A DNA stretch of 62,909 nucleotides, the filler included, from Guillardia theta CCMP2712 (taxonomy: Eukaryota; Protista; Cryptophyta): the NCBI RefSeq assembly GCF_000315625.1. It is 3 parts of 3 records of this genome, joined end to end, with 100 filler letters (N's around TTAATTAATTAA, not from the genome) between each part and the next. Parts side by side here need not be neighbours in the genome. Positions count along the whole stretch, not along the records: positions 1 to 31,498 come from NW_005434621.1; positions 31,599 to 60,580 come from NW_005434606.1; 1 more part is not named here. The stretch is one strand, 5' to 3'. The notes beneath the pieces were generated by a model that ran no database searches, was not told the origin of the DNA, and saw only the letters and a list, made by a program, of their open reading frames with translations. Shown here piece by piece: positions 24,096 to 38,500 of this stretch (the first letter of the stretch is position 1; each line of letters starts with the position of its first letter). A program made the translations under genes and the position numbers.

Positions 24096-25026
24096 CATCC
24101 ATCTGCCATCCCGCCAAGGCTCAATGCAGGCGGGATGAATGCGAAAGAAGCGTGAGATGGCAGAAGATGTTGAAGGAAGCAGAGCATAGGGGAACGGAAG
24201 ACATCAGAAATGTTAAGATCAATCGGGTTGAGGAGGAGAAGAGAAGATTCAAAACCAGTGATGTGTTGGTGTGATGGAGAGGAACGAGAACGATTGAATT
24301 TTTCATCCAGCGTTCCTCTGAATATAAGTGGACACCGACTGTCGAAGTCAATTATGACATACTTTGTTGCAGCATGCAATGTTTATTGCTGGGTTGAGTC
24401 GAGTAAGATGGGGATTGGATTGTACTTCAGACAAAGGATGATGCCTGTAGATTAAACAAGATCCAGGATGCAGGATCGAAAGCAGGATTCGTGAAGGCAT
24501 TATCTTCCTCGATCTATTATCGATAGCAGATACATGAGTTTCGTCATATGTGATGTCGTCCTAATCCATCACAAACTATGATGAGGGATTCACTGACAAA
24601 GGCAGGGCTTGACCAGTTTTGGTTGGACTTGTTTGTTTTAGTACAGATGTAGCGAGGTGGTGAGTGGCTGAGATAGACTCTTGTCTTTGCACGCATGAAC
24701 TTGTTGTTTTTTTATACTTGATGCTTGTATTTGTTTTTTAGTTGAATGGTCTCGCACTCAAGTCGTGATAATCATTCTCTGACTGTGTGGAAATGTGCAA
24801 AGTACATTTGTTCAGGACCTCCATTGAAAGAAAAAATGCACGATTAAGACGAGTAGGAACAGAAGGGTGGAAGGATTCTCAACACAGAGTTCATTAGTTT
24901 TAAAATTGTTCTTGACATCTGAACGGACACGATGCTCGCATGTTTCTATCTGAAGTACATTGCGGTGCAGTTGGGCGGGCGTTTACCTGGCGTTACAATC
25001 CTTGGCGACAAGTGAAGCAAGAGGAC

Positions 25027-26024
25027 ATGAAGTTCACTTTGATTTTCAAAGTACCAATCTCAGCAGGCCAGCTTCCTGTCCCTCTTGCAGCGTCCATGGA
25101 CGATGAGAAGGATGCGAGCGGCGAGCTGGAGAAATACAAAGGTCAAGCTAAGAAGATCATGCGACAGACAAGCACCACGTCTCCGACTCCATGCACCATC
25201 GAGGCAGGCACTTATTCATTCCAGTGAGATGCTCCAGCATGTCGCGAACATGAACTGAGAGGTTCTGCAGTTATGTCATTATAGATGCTCCTGGGACCTC
25301 AGGATCCAAGATCTGCTTCCTTACGTTAGCTGAAAAGGGCTGCCCGCGCAGACTTGCGTTCGATTATCTAGACGATCTGCAGAAAGAGTTCATCCAACTG
25401 CACGGCCAACAAATTGACAATGTGGAGAGGCCGTACAAGTTCATCACATTCGGTAATGGCAGGCGATGGTGGCTTCGATGAGAGCGCTGATGGTTGATTG
25501 CCTCAGATACTTTTATTCAAAAGACCAAGAAACTGTACACAGACACTCGCGCTAATCGAAACCATTTGAAGATGATGTCGGATGACTTGCGAGACATTCA
25601 GGTCACTCTTGGGCCCTTGTCGTCGAGGCTGATGACTTTTGGGACGCGCAGGGCATAATGACAAGAAACATACAAGAAGTTCTTGGAAGAGGAGAAAAGC
25701 TTGAAAGTAATCAAAACTGAGAGAGCAAAATCATGCACTCAATGTGTTTGCAGCCGTAACAGGAAGATCCGCCACCTTGTCTGCGGAGACGAGGCGTTTC
25801 AAAGACAAAGCTACTTCATTGTACGATAGCCCCCTATGCTCACTCTTGCTGTGCGTGATTCTCAATTCACCGTTCAGGTATCGGGACTTGCTGTTTAGAC
25901 AATGGGCTCCATTGGTGGTGAGTTTCTGCCTATTGCAATGATAGAAATTTTCCGCAAGATTCAAAATGCCTTGCAGGTCGTGGCGTTGGTTGTAATCATT
26001 CTGCTCTACATCTTCTGGCGATAA
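25027..26024 (+). CDS. SEC22: SEC22 longin R-SNARE
   Basis: MKFTLIF..PLAASMDD..LEKYKGQAKKI, RRLAFDYLDDLQKEF, VERPYKFITF|DTFIQKTKKLYTDTR, IMTRNIQEVLGRGEKLE, C-terminal TM VVALVVIILLYIFWR*. Confidence 0.93.
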
Positions 26025-26178
26025 ACAAAGTGGCACTAAATTCCATCTTCCCGTGCTTCGTGCGCTCTGCAAACGATATCGCATTTTTTGAAAATTTATT
26101 GCTTCGTACAAAACGACAAAAAGATTCATGAGAAAAAAATATTAAAACAATATGACTGGCGCGTAACTCGGTGCTGAT

Positions 26179-27316
<1,138 letters not shown>

Positions 27317-27857
27317 CTCTCCTCCTTCCCGCTCCCCTCATACAGCCCTCCCCCTGAAATCATCCCCCTCACGCCTCGAAATCATCCCCCTCATGCTCTA
27401 TTCATCCCCCTCATCCCCCTCGATGCGTTGGAGATTCTTCTTTGAAATTTGTGTATACCACCCCCACCCACCTTTTTACGGTGAAATAAGGGGTAATCAT
27501 AGCCTCCTGTAGTCCCAGTCGCCCGACAGCCGTTGGTACGGTCCCTGTCTCGCCATGCTGCGGTGGCGGCTCGGAGCGCTGCGGAGGGAGGGCTTCCAGC
27601 CCGCTCGACGACATCCCTCCGCCTCTCGTCGCCCTCCTCTCGGCCCCTCCTTCTCTCAGCCCTCCTCCTCCTCCCTCTCTTCAAAACAGTGCCCAAACTT
27701 CCACCCCTACCCGTATGTCCACCGCGAACGCAGCCCCTCTCCTCCCCGTGATCACGGGGGCCGCGAGGTCCCTGTAGGGAGGCAGAGGAGCTTTTCTGCT
27801 CCTCCTATCCGCCCTGCTCCTGTCAACCTCAGTGCTGACGTCAAGCAAGCACGTGCC

Positions 27858-30800
27858 ATGTCTGCCGCACGGTTTGTCACCGACCAGGCACCCTTTGACG
27901 AGGAGGAAATGCGGCAAGATCCTTTCCGCGAGATCTACGAGTGGCTCAAGGACGAAAGTCTGCACGAGCATCTGCCATCTCTGCTCAGCCTCGGAGTCTG
28001 CGAGCTCAGGTAGCGGCAACGACATGCACATGTGCGACGCTGACGCTAGTCTTGCAGTCACTTGGCAGACCTAGACGCCATAGACCTCGGAGAGGCAGGG
28101 CTGTCCCGACCGGAAGTCAAACGATTCCTGCGCAAGCAAGCGAGCATGGCCACTCACTGCTGTGAAATCGCGTCCAGCGCCAACGAGACAGCCTCCTCCA
28201 ACTTCTCCTTGCAAGTTGCCAACGTGACGGACAAGCACGGGGAGGAGGGGAGCGAGAGCGAGAGGAGCAACAGCTCTCCTTCCGTGAACCAGCCCATAAC
28301 TTCAGAGCGCCTCAAGCAGGAGCAGGGGGCGAGGGCAGGAGAGGACGTGCTGCCGTATGACGACACGAGCTTTGGGTTCCGCGGCCTCCAGCAAGCCTTT
28401 CAGAGCCTGGTAAGGCTTCACCGAGGAGAGGAGCAGGAGACGATCGGCTACGGCATCGCTCTGCAGGTCACCAACGCCACCATCAACACCTTCTGCGTGC
28501 TCGTCAGCGCTCAGACTGCGAGCAGCACAGACGCGCTGCAGTCGCTGAGGATGAGCATGGAAGGGGTGGAGGAGTTGGAAGCGAGGCTGGACCCGCAGAT
28601 CCTGCTGGTCTCGTACCCGCAGCAAGGCTTCCACCTGGTTGGAATCGACGTGTTCAACGCGAGCGTTGACTTCTCCGAGGCTCTCAAGAGAACCTCTCTC
28701 TCCTGCGACAAGCCTGCCGGCGGCATCAAGGACAACGGAGCGGTCGCAATATGCGGGTTCCGCCATGGCCAGAGGTCGCTGGCGGTAGCAGGAGTGGAGC
28801 AAGTCTCTCAGTCTCATGTGGTTCTGCACAAGGCGCTTGAAGCGCATCCTTGCTCCGTCCTCGTGGTAGGGGATGAGGTGACGGCGATGGCGCTAGGGAG
28901 CGACGGCACTGACCGCACTCTCCTCCTCCTCCACATGTCAGACTTGAAGCAAGTGGTGGCCTCGTTGGACGCTTCCCTCCCGCTCTTCTCGAGGACTCTG
29001 TCGTTTACGCCTGAGAGCAGCGCAGCTACCGGAGCTGAGAAGAGTCAGAGCTGCCAGCCGGACATGGACAGAGCGAGAAAGCCGCGGGCAAGCTGCGAGC
29101 TCGTCCCGTGCCTCGAGCTGCCGTCGATGCAGAAGACGATGGGAGGGAGCAGAGCAGGCAACGAAGACAAGCAGCCAGCACAGGACAAGGCCGAGAAGCA
29201 GGAGGGAGAGGGAGGTAAAGACGGTTTGAGCGAAGATCGACATGCGGCTGAGCAGGGGAGTCCCCCCGACCTGCCCGCTGCTGCGGCAGAGGGGCTGAGC
29301 GAGGGAGGAGAGGGCGGGGAAGAGAGTATCCGTCGCATGCTCGAGTCCGTGGCTGAGGTGGACGACGTTTCGACCCTCAACATGCTGCTGCTGCACTTCC
29401 TCAAGTTGAGCACGGAGAGCAAGGTCATCCTCACAAGGATCGACCAGATCTGCTCTCATGGGCAGGAGCTCAGCCGCTCCCTCGAGCAGACCTGCGTCCT
29501 CCTCCTCCAGCTCATGGACAGGCACGCTGACGATGCAGATGTGCAGGCCCTCTGCTGCAGCATCCTTTCTGCGCTGTCATGCGAGAAGAGTTTCCAAGAG
29601 CACATCGCAGCCTCTGGCGGAGCCCAGCACGTCCTCAAGGCCATGACGCTGCACCCCGACGCCCTCAACGTCCAGCTCAAGTCTAGCAGAGCCCTGTGCA
29701 ACCTTGCCTACGAGAACGGCGACATCCAGGAGGACATGGCGAGGAGCGGAGGGGTCGGGATGATCCTGCTGGCCATGAGGAGGCATGCGTCCAAGGCGAG
29801 GATCCAGGTGGAGGGCTGCGGGGCCCTCTGCAACCTCTGCGCCAACAAGGCTGAGAACCTGAAGCTGATCCTGGAGGAGGGAGGGCTCGAGGCGATCCTG
29901 CAGGCCATGTCGCTGCACGTCTCCGACCAGGACGTGCTCTTCCGCGGCTGCTGCGCCCTCTCGAGCTTCGCGTCGTCACACCAGCTGGACAAGGAGCTGA
30001 GCGAGGGCGGGGCTGTGAGCGTGGTGATCAAGTGCTTGCTAGTGTTCCCGGACAACGAGGACCTGGTCTACAAGGGGTGCAGCGTCCTAGCGGACGTGTG
30101 CGAGGGCGAGCCCTGCCTCAAGACCTGCAGCAGGCTGGGGGCGATCCCTGCCGTGCTCAAGGCGCTTGCGGGCAAGTGCGAGAACGTGAGACTGCAGTCC
30201 AAGGGGATGCGACTCCTCCTCCTCCTGTGCGGGGACGGTGAGAACCACCAGCAGCTGATCAGGTACGAGGGCATCGGGCACGTGCTCAAGGTCATGGAGA
30301 CGCTGAGGGGATCGGGCGAGATCCAAGAGCGAGGATGCGCGATCCTAAACAGACTCGCGCGGGTCGGGGACGCGCTGGACATGGTGATTGAGCACAACGG
30401 GGTTCAGATCATCGTGACGGCGATGCTGGACCTGGACGGGAACATCAACGTGCTGGAAGAGGGGCTGAGCTGCCTGTCGAGGCTCTGCCTGAACCCGACG
30501 GCGAAGGAGGAGCTGCTGCAGACGAAGCTGATCGAGTTCATCAGGAGCGCGATCGAGAGCAACAAGCTCCCCAAGACCTGCCGCATGTCAATCGTCCGGA
30601 TCGTGCAGGCGATCGCGGGGCTGGATGAAGTCTTCAGCAGCGCTCTGAGGAACATCGGGGAGCATCGACCCATCTCCGCCATTCTCCCTCCTTCCATGCC
30701 GCGCACTCCGTTCAGGGCGAATGCGGCTTCAGAGGAGCGGCGGCCTGCGTCGGCGACGTTCTCGGGCAGCGGAGCGAAGCTGGTGAAGGAGCTGAGGATG

Positions 30801-31025
30801 CGACACGGGGACAACGAGAACGTGGACAGGAACCTGCTGCTGGAGCACCAGATCTCTCACCTTGCTAGGGAGGCAGAGGTGATACGAAACGAGAACCTTA
30901 AGATCATACAGCAGTGCACGCTGGATGGGAGGAAAGAGGAGCTGCTGTACCCCCCAAAAGGCAAGAAATTCTTGCACAGCTGGATGGGAAGAACGGGGGG
31001 CAAGAAGGCGAAGAAAGCAACCTGA
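27858..31025 (+). CDS. N-terminal SAM + armadillo-repeat protein (start uncertain)
   Basis: SAM-like EIYEWLKDESLHEHLPSLLSLGVCEL..LDAIDLGEAGLSRPEVKRFL; about 987-codon second exon with repeated ARM units (GGAQHVLKAMTLH..VQ..ALCNLA; GGVGMILLAMRRH..IQVEGCGALCNLC; GGLEAILQAMSLH). Confidence 0.85.
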
Positions 31026-31542
31026 TGCCGGGAGGAAGCGAGAGGAGGTGTATTGCAATTGTAGGATGATGCCATCGTGTTGTGTTTGTGATAAGATGAC
31101 AGTGTAATGAAAGTATGAGACTTGTTCGCATCATGGTCGTCCTCCCTCAAACCACCTCCAACTTCAACTCATGTGAGATCTTGTCGAGAATCTGCTTCCA
31201 CCGCTCACCCTTGGCAACCAGCGATACCTTCCTTGGACCTGTGCAATTTCAGAGGATCGTTGGTGTGGGTGGAAACAATACCGTCCATGGGTGGCAGGGC
31301 AAAATCCTCCTCCTCCTCCTCCTCCTCCTCCTCCTCCTCCTCCTCTTGTGCTTGGAATCCTTGCGAGGCAACAAAATCCTTGTCCTCCATCAGGTGGATC
31401 GTCAAGTAACTGAACACAAGTTACAACCCTCCTCCTCCTCCTCTCCTCCTCCCCCCCTCCTCCTCTCCTCCTCCCCCTCCTCGTCCTTGTCTTCCTCTNN
31501 NNNNNNNNNNNNNNNNNNNNNNNNNNNNNNNNNNNNNNNNNN

Positions 31543-31554
31543 TTAATTAATTAA
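31543..31554. other. Scaffolding linker TTAATTAATTAA inside an N-gap (assembly artefact)
   Basis: Flanked by Ns on both sides; identical copy at 60625-60636; encodes stops in all frames. Confidence 0.9.
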
Positions 31555-31939
31555 NNNNNNNNNNNNNNNNNNNNNNNNNNNNNNNNNNNNNNNNNNNNGA
31601 GCCAGAAGGAAAATATGAGGACATTCGGGACTCGTCAGTCTTGACTTTTGTTTCCTTTTACGGTTCTTTTTTTTCCTTGATTTTGCGGGAAAGTTGGCCT
31701 GTGTGATGGCAGGGGAGAGGGGAGCAGGGGCGAGGAAGATGCAGAGGAGGAGGCGGGGGAGGAAAGGAGGAGGACGGAAGGAGGTGGATATATGTAGACA
31801 AAGAGGAAGAGGGTCCGAATGCTTGTATGTTGTGACTGGTACATGCTCATGGCTGAACGCTGTGGAAGTTCCTCAAGGTGGCAGGAGCAAGGGTCGCAAC
31901 GAACAAGAATGCAGGGATAGTGGGAGATTCCCCTTCCCG

Positions 31940-34134
31940 TCATGGCGTTGGAAACTTGGTCCATGCACTGTCGCCTCTCTTGCTGCGCCTCGTGACAATG
32001 TGTTGCAGGAAGCTGCTACGTGTGACCTTCGCTGTGCGCGCAGTACAGATCCTGATCTCTGTGCCCATGCTAGACGAACAACTCGGATCGCTGACAGATG
32101 CCCTTAGGTGGCGTCTCATACTTTGCTGGGAGACTATGACACCTCGACCATGCTCTTGTAACCCTCTGTTCGTTCAGAAGGCTCGAAGTGGCTCTGAAGC
32201 ATGCAAAGGTACCCCGAAGAAGCAGCAGGAGGTGGCAGCGGCTTCTGCGATGCCTTGCGAGTTCTCGCGACAACTTTCGATCACTGGGATTCTGTGCATC
32301 TCATGGTTCAAGTCTCGGTGGTTGTGCATGCAGATTGAGTTGACGACAGGGCGTCGCCGAGCATGGCTACGTGTATGAACACAATCATGCCTTCTACCCT
32401 GCCGTCCCGTTCGTTGCCTCCTGGATATCCAAGGTAGGGATCTGACATCGAGTTGAAGTGTTCTGATGTCATACCACAGTTAGGAGGTGAGTAAGAGCGG
32501 CGAGTTTGGGATCGAGCATGTAACTCTCAACAGCTGGAGGTTGCGACGATCGCACAGTCTTGATCGTTGGATGTCTGCTGCTGAACAACTTGTTGTTCTC
32601 TGGAGCCGGTAGCTCGGATCCTTGCTGCAAGGCTGTGACTGGACTCACTCGAGCTGTCTGCAGTCGTTGTCATGCATTTCTTGTCTCTTAAGGTGCTTCG
32701 ATCAGAGAGTGACGCTAGGAATGTGAGCAAAATCCTCTCTGTCTCTCCCCTCCCTTTCGGAGGATGAAGTTGGTTCGCAGGCAGCAGTCTTCTTCATACT
32801 GCAAGTATGTTGGTTCAAACCAGGTAGTGAAGGAAAAACGATCTGACGCAATAGTTTCAGCCCTCTTCGATCTTCACGCTGGCTCCGTATACCGAAGTTT
32901 GAGAGCTCATTGTGGGAGGGATGTTTGAATCATGCCTTGGCAGGCCTTCTTCGTTTTCTTCTGCCTTGTGGGATGCTGCTAATGGAAACAATCATCTCTT
33001 CTTGGGATCTTGCGCGTTTGCTGTTGCTACTTGTGCGAGGTTAGCGCTTTCCCTTCCTCATCGACCTACATCTGAAGGTTTTGACTCCCCGTCTTGATGT
33101 AGATCCAACGGCATAACGTTGTGTGGATATGTAGTGTACTTCTCCTTCAGGTTGCCACTCTGCTCATCTTCAACCTACTCCCCGATTGTCGCTGAGGTAC
33201 CTTCTCCCTGCATCCTGCAGGAAGTTGGCGTGCGCATCGAGACAGGGGCAGTTGCACTGGGCAAGGATGCTCATGGGAGCTTTCTCGCTAGTCCTGCAGT
33301 GCGGAGTTGTGGTATCAGGTGCAAGGGAGGGGCTGTGAGGGTATGAAGAAGGTTTACGTCGTTCCCTCCAGGCCACCTTGCTTTCTCTCTGTTCGGGAAC
33401 CTCCTTTACTGTAAGAGCGACTTCGCAATCCTCTCTGCTCTCCAGCACAACTTCCGCCCCCATCCCCCTCAAGATCCTCGTCCCTGGTGCAACCAGCTCG
33501 GTCCCTACAGATTCGTCCAGCAGACGTACTGGGGTGTGGGTTTCCTGGAATATTTCGAGTTCAAGTAATCTCTCATTGCTATCTTCGATTTCTCAGGGCG
33601 GTTTTCAGGCAGGTCCCGAATTTCCTTCTTGCGCTCCCCATCCTCTCGCTGGCGATTCTTTGCGCTTCGTCCTTTTTGTCTGATCATAGGAATCTGCTTC
33701 ATCCGCGCAGTCTCTACGAAGTTCTATCGGGGAGTTCAGGAGGTACGACAGGGAAAAGCAGGAAGGCGCTAGGAACAAGCTCGGGGCTGAATCTCGACAC
33801 TTTACCATATGTTGCTCACGCTGCGTTCTTGGCGATCTTTGCCTTCTTCTTCATCAACGTCCAGGTTGTTGCCCTCCAGTCCTCCTAGGCTGCCCTGACG
33901 TCGCTCAGGTCTCTACTCGACTGCTCTGCTCTTCATGCCCTTCAGTCTTCTGGTTCTTAGCAGCGTTGACCCATCGATCTCAGGTACGAAAACGGTTGCT
34001 GATGTTTTGTGACGGCAGCTGATAGGTAGCGAAGGATCCTCTTGCAAGGAAGCTCGTTGCGATCTACTGCTGTTTCTTCTCGATCTATGCCAGCATCGGC
34101 TGCGTCCTGTTTTCCACCTTCCTTCCATGGACAT
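31940..34134 (-). CDS. Hypothetical low-complexity protein (multi-exon; poorly resolved)
   Basis: Series of S/R/E-rich minus-strand open frames with splice-like boundaries; no domain recognised. Confidence 0.3.
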
Positions 34135-34242
34135 GAAGCAAGGAGCAGGAAAGGTAGACCGCTGCCGGACGATGCCGTGAAGAATGATTGGAAAGCTCTC
34201 CTGCTCCTTCCATCTTGGCAGAGCGCCGAATTCCTTTTCTCC

Positions 34243-37200
34243 TCATCTTCTCGATTTCGCACGTGATTCCTGTACATCCGGGACGGAGTTTGGTATCTCA
34301 TTGTGGCTCTGCGCGTATGAGGAGGATCAACTCGGATAGCGGAGGTGCTCCACTCCTACCTCGACATACCCCAAGTTGTGCCTGGCTTCCGCCCAGTCGG
34401 GAGAGAGGTTTACAGCAACCTGCCACAAGGGTCAACGTCCCTCGGCGCAGATTCAGCTGGCAGGGAGCTGACCCGCAGGAGCTCCACAGCCTCCCTCCTG
34501 ATCCTCTTGAACGCCTCGTCGCTCCCCTCCTGCGTCGCCTGCCAAGGCTCAGTCAGACGTTCTTGTGCGCGATCTTGTGCTGGACCCTGTGGAAGACGAT
34601 GACGCCGAGGTTGTTGTAGAACTGTTTCAGCATGCTTGGCTTCACCCCCTCCTCTCGGATCGCTGCGCGATAGTCTTCCTCCTTCCAAGACTTCATCCCC
34701 TTGAACTTCTTCTCCTTGCCCGGACTCCCTCTCCCTCGTCGCTGCACATGGAGCATCAAGGACGGGCATGAATGAAGTGTGGAAGACCTCAGCGCCCTTT
34801 CCTTCCTGCCCCTGTGGAGGTTTTGTTTGTACTTGAGGTTTTGAAAGGCTCTCAGAACTTGCTTCTTCTTTCTGTCCTCCCTTCCCTCTCCCCTCGTTTA
34901 CTCCCTTCCCTCCTTCGTTATCCCTTCCCCTTCTACCTCCGTTCTCATCTTCCTTCCTCCCTCCCTTCTTACTTCCCTGGTCTCCTCCCCTGGCTTCTCC
35001 CTTCTGCTTCTTCTCCGCTGCTGTGGAGGGCGTCTCCTGCTAGTCAAGCAATCAGCATTTCTCCACCTCGAGTGCTCAAACCTTCATGTGGGGCTGCTTT
35101 TCTTGTCCCCATCCTCTCTTTGTCCAATCAGGAGGCTCCGTCGGCAGGTTGTCGATCGATCGACCGTTCTTCTCCTCTACTCTCTGCTCCAGAGGTTACA
35201 ACAACCGTGCAAGGTCAGACATCGAGGGCTGACGATCACTTCGACTTGCTTGGCTTTCTTCGAGCTTGCCTTCTGCATAATTCCTCACGCGTCATCTCAT
35301 CACCAACTCAATCCGTCAGTGCCTGAGAGAAAAACGTCTCGATGTTGAGCCTTGCGTTGGGGTGAGAAGGATCCAGGAGCAGCGCGATGCGATAATGCCG
35401 TTCCACCCTCTCCATGTCTCCCAACGCCAGCAGAGCTGTGCAGGACAAGTGAGTTCTTCCTCCTAGAACAGACGTGCGGGTACTGTTGCCGAGGTTGTTG
35501 TACGCGTCAGCATACTGAGGGTCAATCCTGATCGCATTCTCGTAGTGCACGATTGCCTGAATTTCACTGTCACCTTGTCTGTGGAGGAGGGGAGGTATCT
35601 TCAGCAGCTCGCGCATACCCCTTGAATGCTCAGCTCCTTCCTAGCCAGCAGATCACCTGCTGCCATGTCAGCATCGGTAGCATGACGGACCATGGGCAGC
35701 AGACCAAGGTTCTTGTGAGCCCTCTTGCTGTAGGGGTTGACCTTGACAGCTTGTTGCAGGCTGGGGCAGGAGTGTGATCGGGGAGAGTTGCGGCAGGACT
35801 TGAACTTACAACTCCACTGACTTCTTGACATCGGTCTCCTCGTAGAAGGTTGCGAGGGACCCGAGAGCCTCTCCTGTTCGTCAAATCATGTCAGTTGCTA
35901 CCCGGAAGACGGAGGAGGAGGAGGCAGGAAGGAGGCAGGGAGGAAGGAGCTACCGAAGTTTGGAGCCAAAGAGACAGCTTTCTCATACAAGCTCCTGCAC
36001 CTCTCATACTCCTGAAAGACAAGAACAGCTCGGTCAACTGAAGCTCCCAGCATCTTTCACAGTGTATGATCGCACCGAAGCTTTCTTGCTCCCCTCTGCC
36101 ACTCCTTTGCAAGTGACATGAGCCAGGTTGTAGTGAAGTTTTGCATTGTCAGGGCAGACCCTTCAAGAGAGCGCGTTCATCAGCGTTGTACACGATCAGC
36201 CCCGACTGCTCAAACCTGATCCCTGACTCGAAGATCCTGTCCGACGACATCCAGTCCAAGTTCCTCGCCCTCGCTGCGTACGCCATGGCGGAACCGACGA
36301 GCCCCAGGAGGGAGATCGCGACTTGTCTGCTGTTGTGGGAGCGAATGTGACGAGGAACAAGAAGTATCTCTCATAGCTCAGCTGCAGTACCCGAGGGCTG
36401 GAGAGGAAGGAGTGAGCAGGGCTGCGGCCAGGCAGCAGAAACCAGCGGAGGGCAGGTACATGATGCGCTCTGGGTGATCCTGTCAAGGCAGCAAGAGTAG
36501 GAAGGCAGCACAAGCCACCTGCGACTGCGAACCCAACGGTGAAAAAGAGGTTGGAGGCGGGGATGAAAGGAACTGCCTTTGAGTCAGTTCAACGGGAGGT
36601 GAGACGCTCGTTTTCGACCAATCAGCAGGACGATCGAAGACGTCACGGTGCGCTGACTGGCTGTCTTGAAGGAACACAGGCATGCGCGGGTTGTGAACGC
36701 TGCCAACAACTCACACACGGGACAAGCGAGGACGCATCCTGACCCAGCAAGGTTGCGATGAAGAGTAGGAGGGCGAGAGAGTAAACGTTCCGAGGGTCCC
36801 GCAGGTCTTTGACTGTCTGCCATGATCGAGATCAAACTACAAGACTGTCTGTGATTGGAATCTCACCCTAATGCAACCCATGCTCCAGTCACAGCACAGC
36901 CAACGGGGAAACAGGAGCAGTCGAGCGTTGACGACGTAGTACTGCCAGTAGGACAACCATCGGTAGAGGGCTTCCTCTACGAACGCTGCAGGATTGTTCT
37001 CGGCTGTGAAGGTTGGCGATCCATGCATGATTCGGATTCGCAACAACAAGAGCAAGGAACCGAAGGCTGTCAGAATGCTGAGACGCAGCATATACCATCC
37101 CGCACATCGTCTCCCCGGTTCCTGACCAAGTTCAAAAGTTACCCCTAAGGAAACACTCCACAAGAACAGTCGGACGAGACCTTGCCGGGCCCGCTGTCTT

Positions 37201-38500
37201 TCAGTGTAGGGTAAGGCAAGAGAGTCACACGATTCCTGACGGCGTCAAGGCTGCCGAGAACCTTCCAATAGGTCACCGGGCTGAACATGTAGATGATGGG
37301 TCACTGACCGCAAGAGCAGTAATCCCTGTCTCCTTGCAAAGGAGGGATAGCGCAACCTGGCAGCAAGATCAATCGCCTCGACCCGCGTCCTTCCTGGTTG
37401 AAGTAAGACACAACGATCGTCCTAGTTTCTCAACAGTACGCTGCGATCATTTGCAACCATGTCATCTCCACGACAGAGAGCTTACCATGGCCAGCGCAAG
37501 AATAAAGCATCCTGCTGCTCGACCTGCGCTCGAGGGTCACGGCCCGGTACAGAACGTGCCGGCTCTGCCTGACCTCGGCCGACATGGCCGCTGACAGATG
37601 CAGGAAAGTAGAGCAGGAGAGACAGGAGGTAGAATAAGGCAGACAGCAAGTCTGCTCGCCCTACCAGACCGACGACAGCCTCGCAATGCACCGGGTGGGT
37701 AGCAAACAATGTCCCGACCGCCTTGACCATGTCAGGATCGGCGCGATCATACTCCTCGTCACCAAGAGCGGGAGCTTGCCACTTGATCTGGGGAATACCC
37801 ACAGAGCTGCAACGACAACGAGCAGGCTCGTGTTCAGCGCATGCAGCAGGATGTTTGTTCCGTGAAACACTGCATCAATCCACCGGTCACCTGAAGGCAA
37901 CCTGCCCACCTCCTATGGTACCTCTCCTGTCCAGCCGTCCACCGGCCTGTAACCAGTTGAGGTGAAAGGTGAGGACGGTGAGCGGCCGGAATGACTTCAT
38001 GACGGAGCTTCTCTCAGTGCTCGCAGCGAGACATCAACTCCAACCCTCACCTTGTGCGCGCTCACTGGCATCGGCCTCCCCCAGAAGTCGTGCTGGAACA
38101 TGTTCGAGACCTTGTCTCCGATGCTCCCCTTCACGACCTCATGAGTAGCGGGAGGAGACCACGAGTCGTCGATTCTCATACCCGTGAGACGACGTCCTCG
38201 TTCTCAACGATCGCGCCATTGTCATCGAACACGAAATCGGCTGTAGCGGTCAAGGGGTCACTAATCGCCATGGCAGCATGCCTCCAGCAGCAGCACCGTC
38301 AAGGGCGTTCTCGAAGGTGGCGACGGCAGCGAGAGAGCTGACGGCAGCAACGAGCAAGATGTCCTGAGGGCTGAGGTCACCGACAACACTCTACTCGAGC
38401 GTGCACGGACCCCCCATGCTCCGACGCCTTCATCCTCCTGGTCGTTCCTTCCGGGTGTAGCCTCCTGGTCGAGGTTGGTTTTCTTGCCGGCATCAGCCAT
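34243..38500 (-). CDS. TMTC-family protein O-mannosyltransferase (DUF1736 + TPR repeats)
   Basis: [23 protein letters not shown]|[65 protein letters not shown]; TPRs [24 protein letters not shown]. Confidence 0.88.

Noticed and set aside
24100-24720. Possible small minus-strand gene upstream of SEC22
   Set aside because: Only short exon-like fragments; no consistent model or recognisable domain.
27554-27557. Overlapping divergent ATGs in CATG as shared starts of CFIm25 and the SAM-ARM gene
   Set aside because: CFIm25 has a better in-frame ATG at 27316; the minus-strand frame from 27556 stops quickly.
31543-31554. TTAATTAATTAA palindrome (also 60625-60636) as a biological site
   Set aside because: Embedded in N-gaps; a six-frame-stop scaffolding linker.
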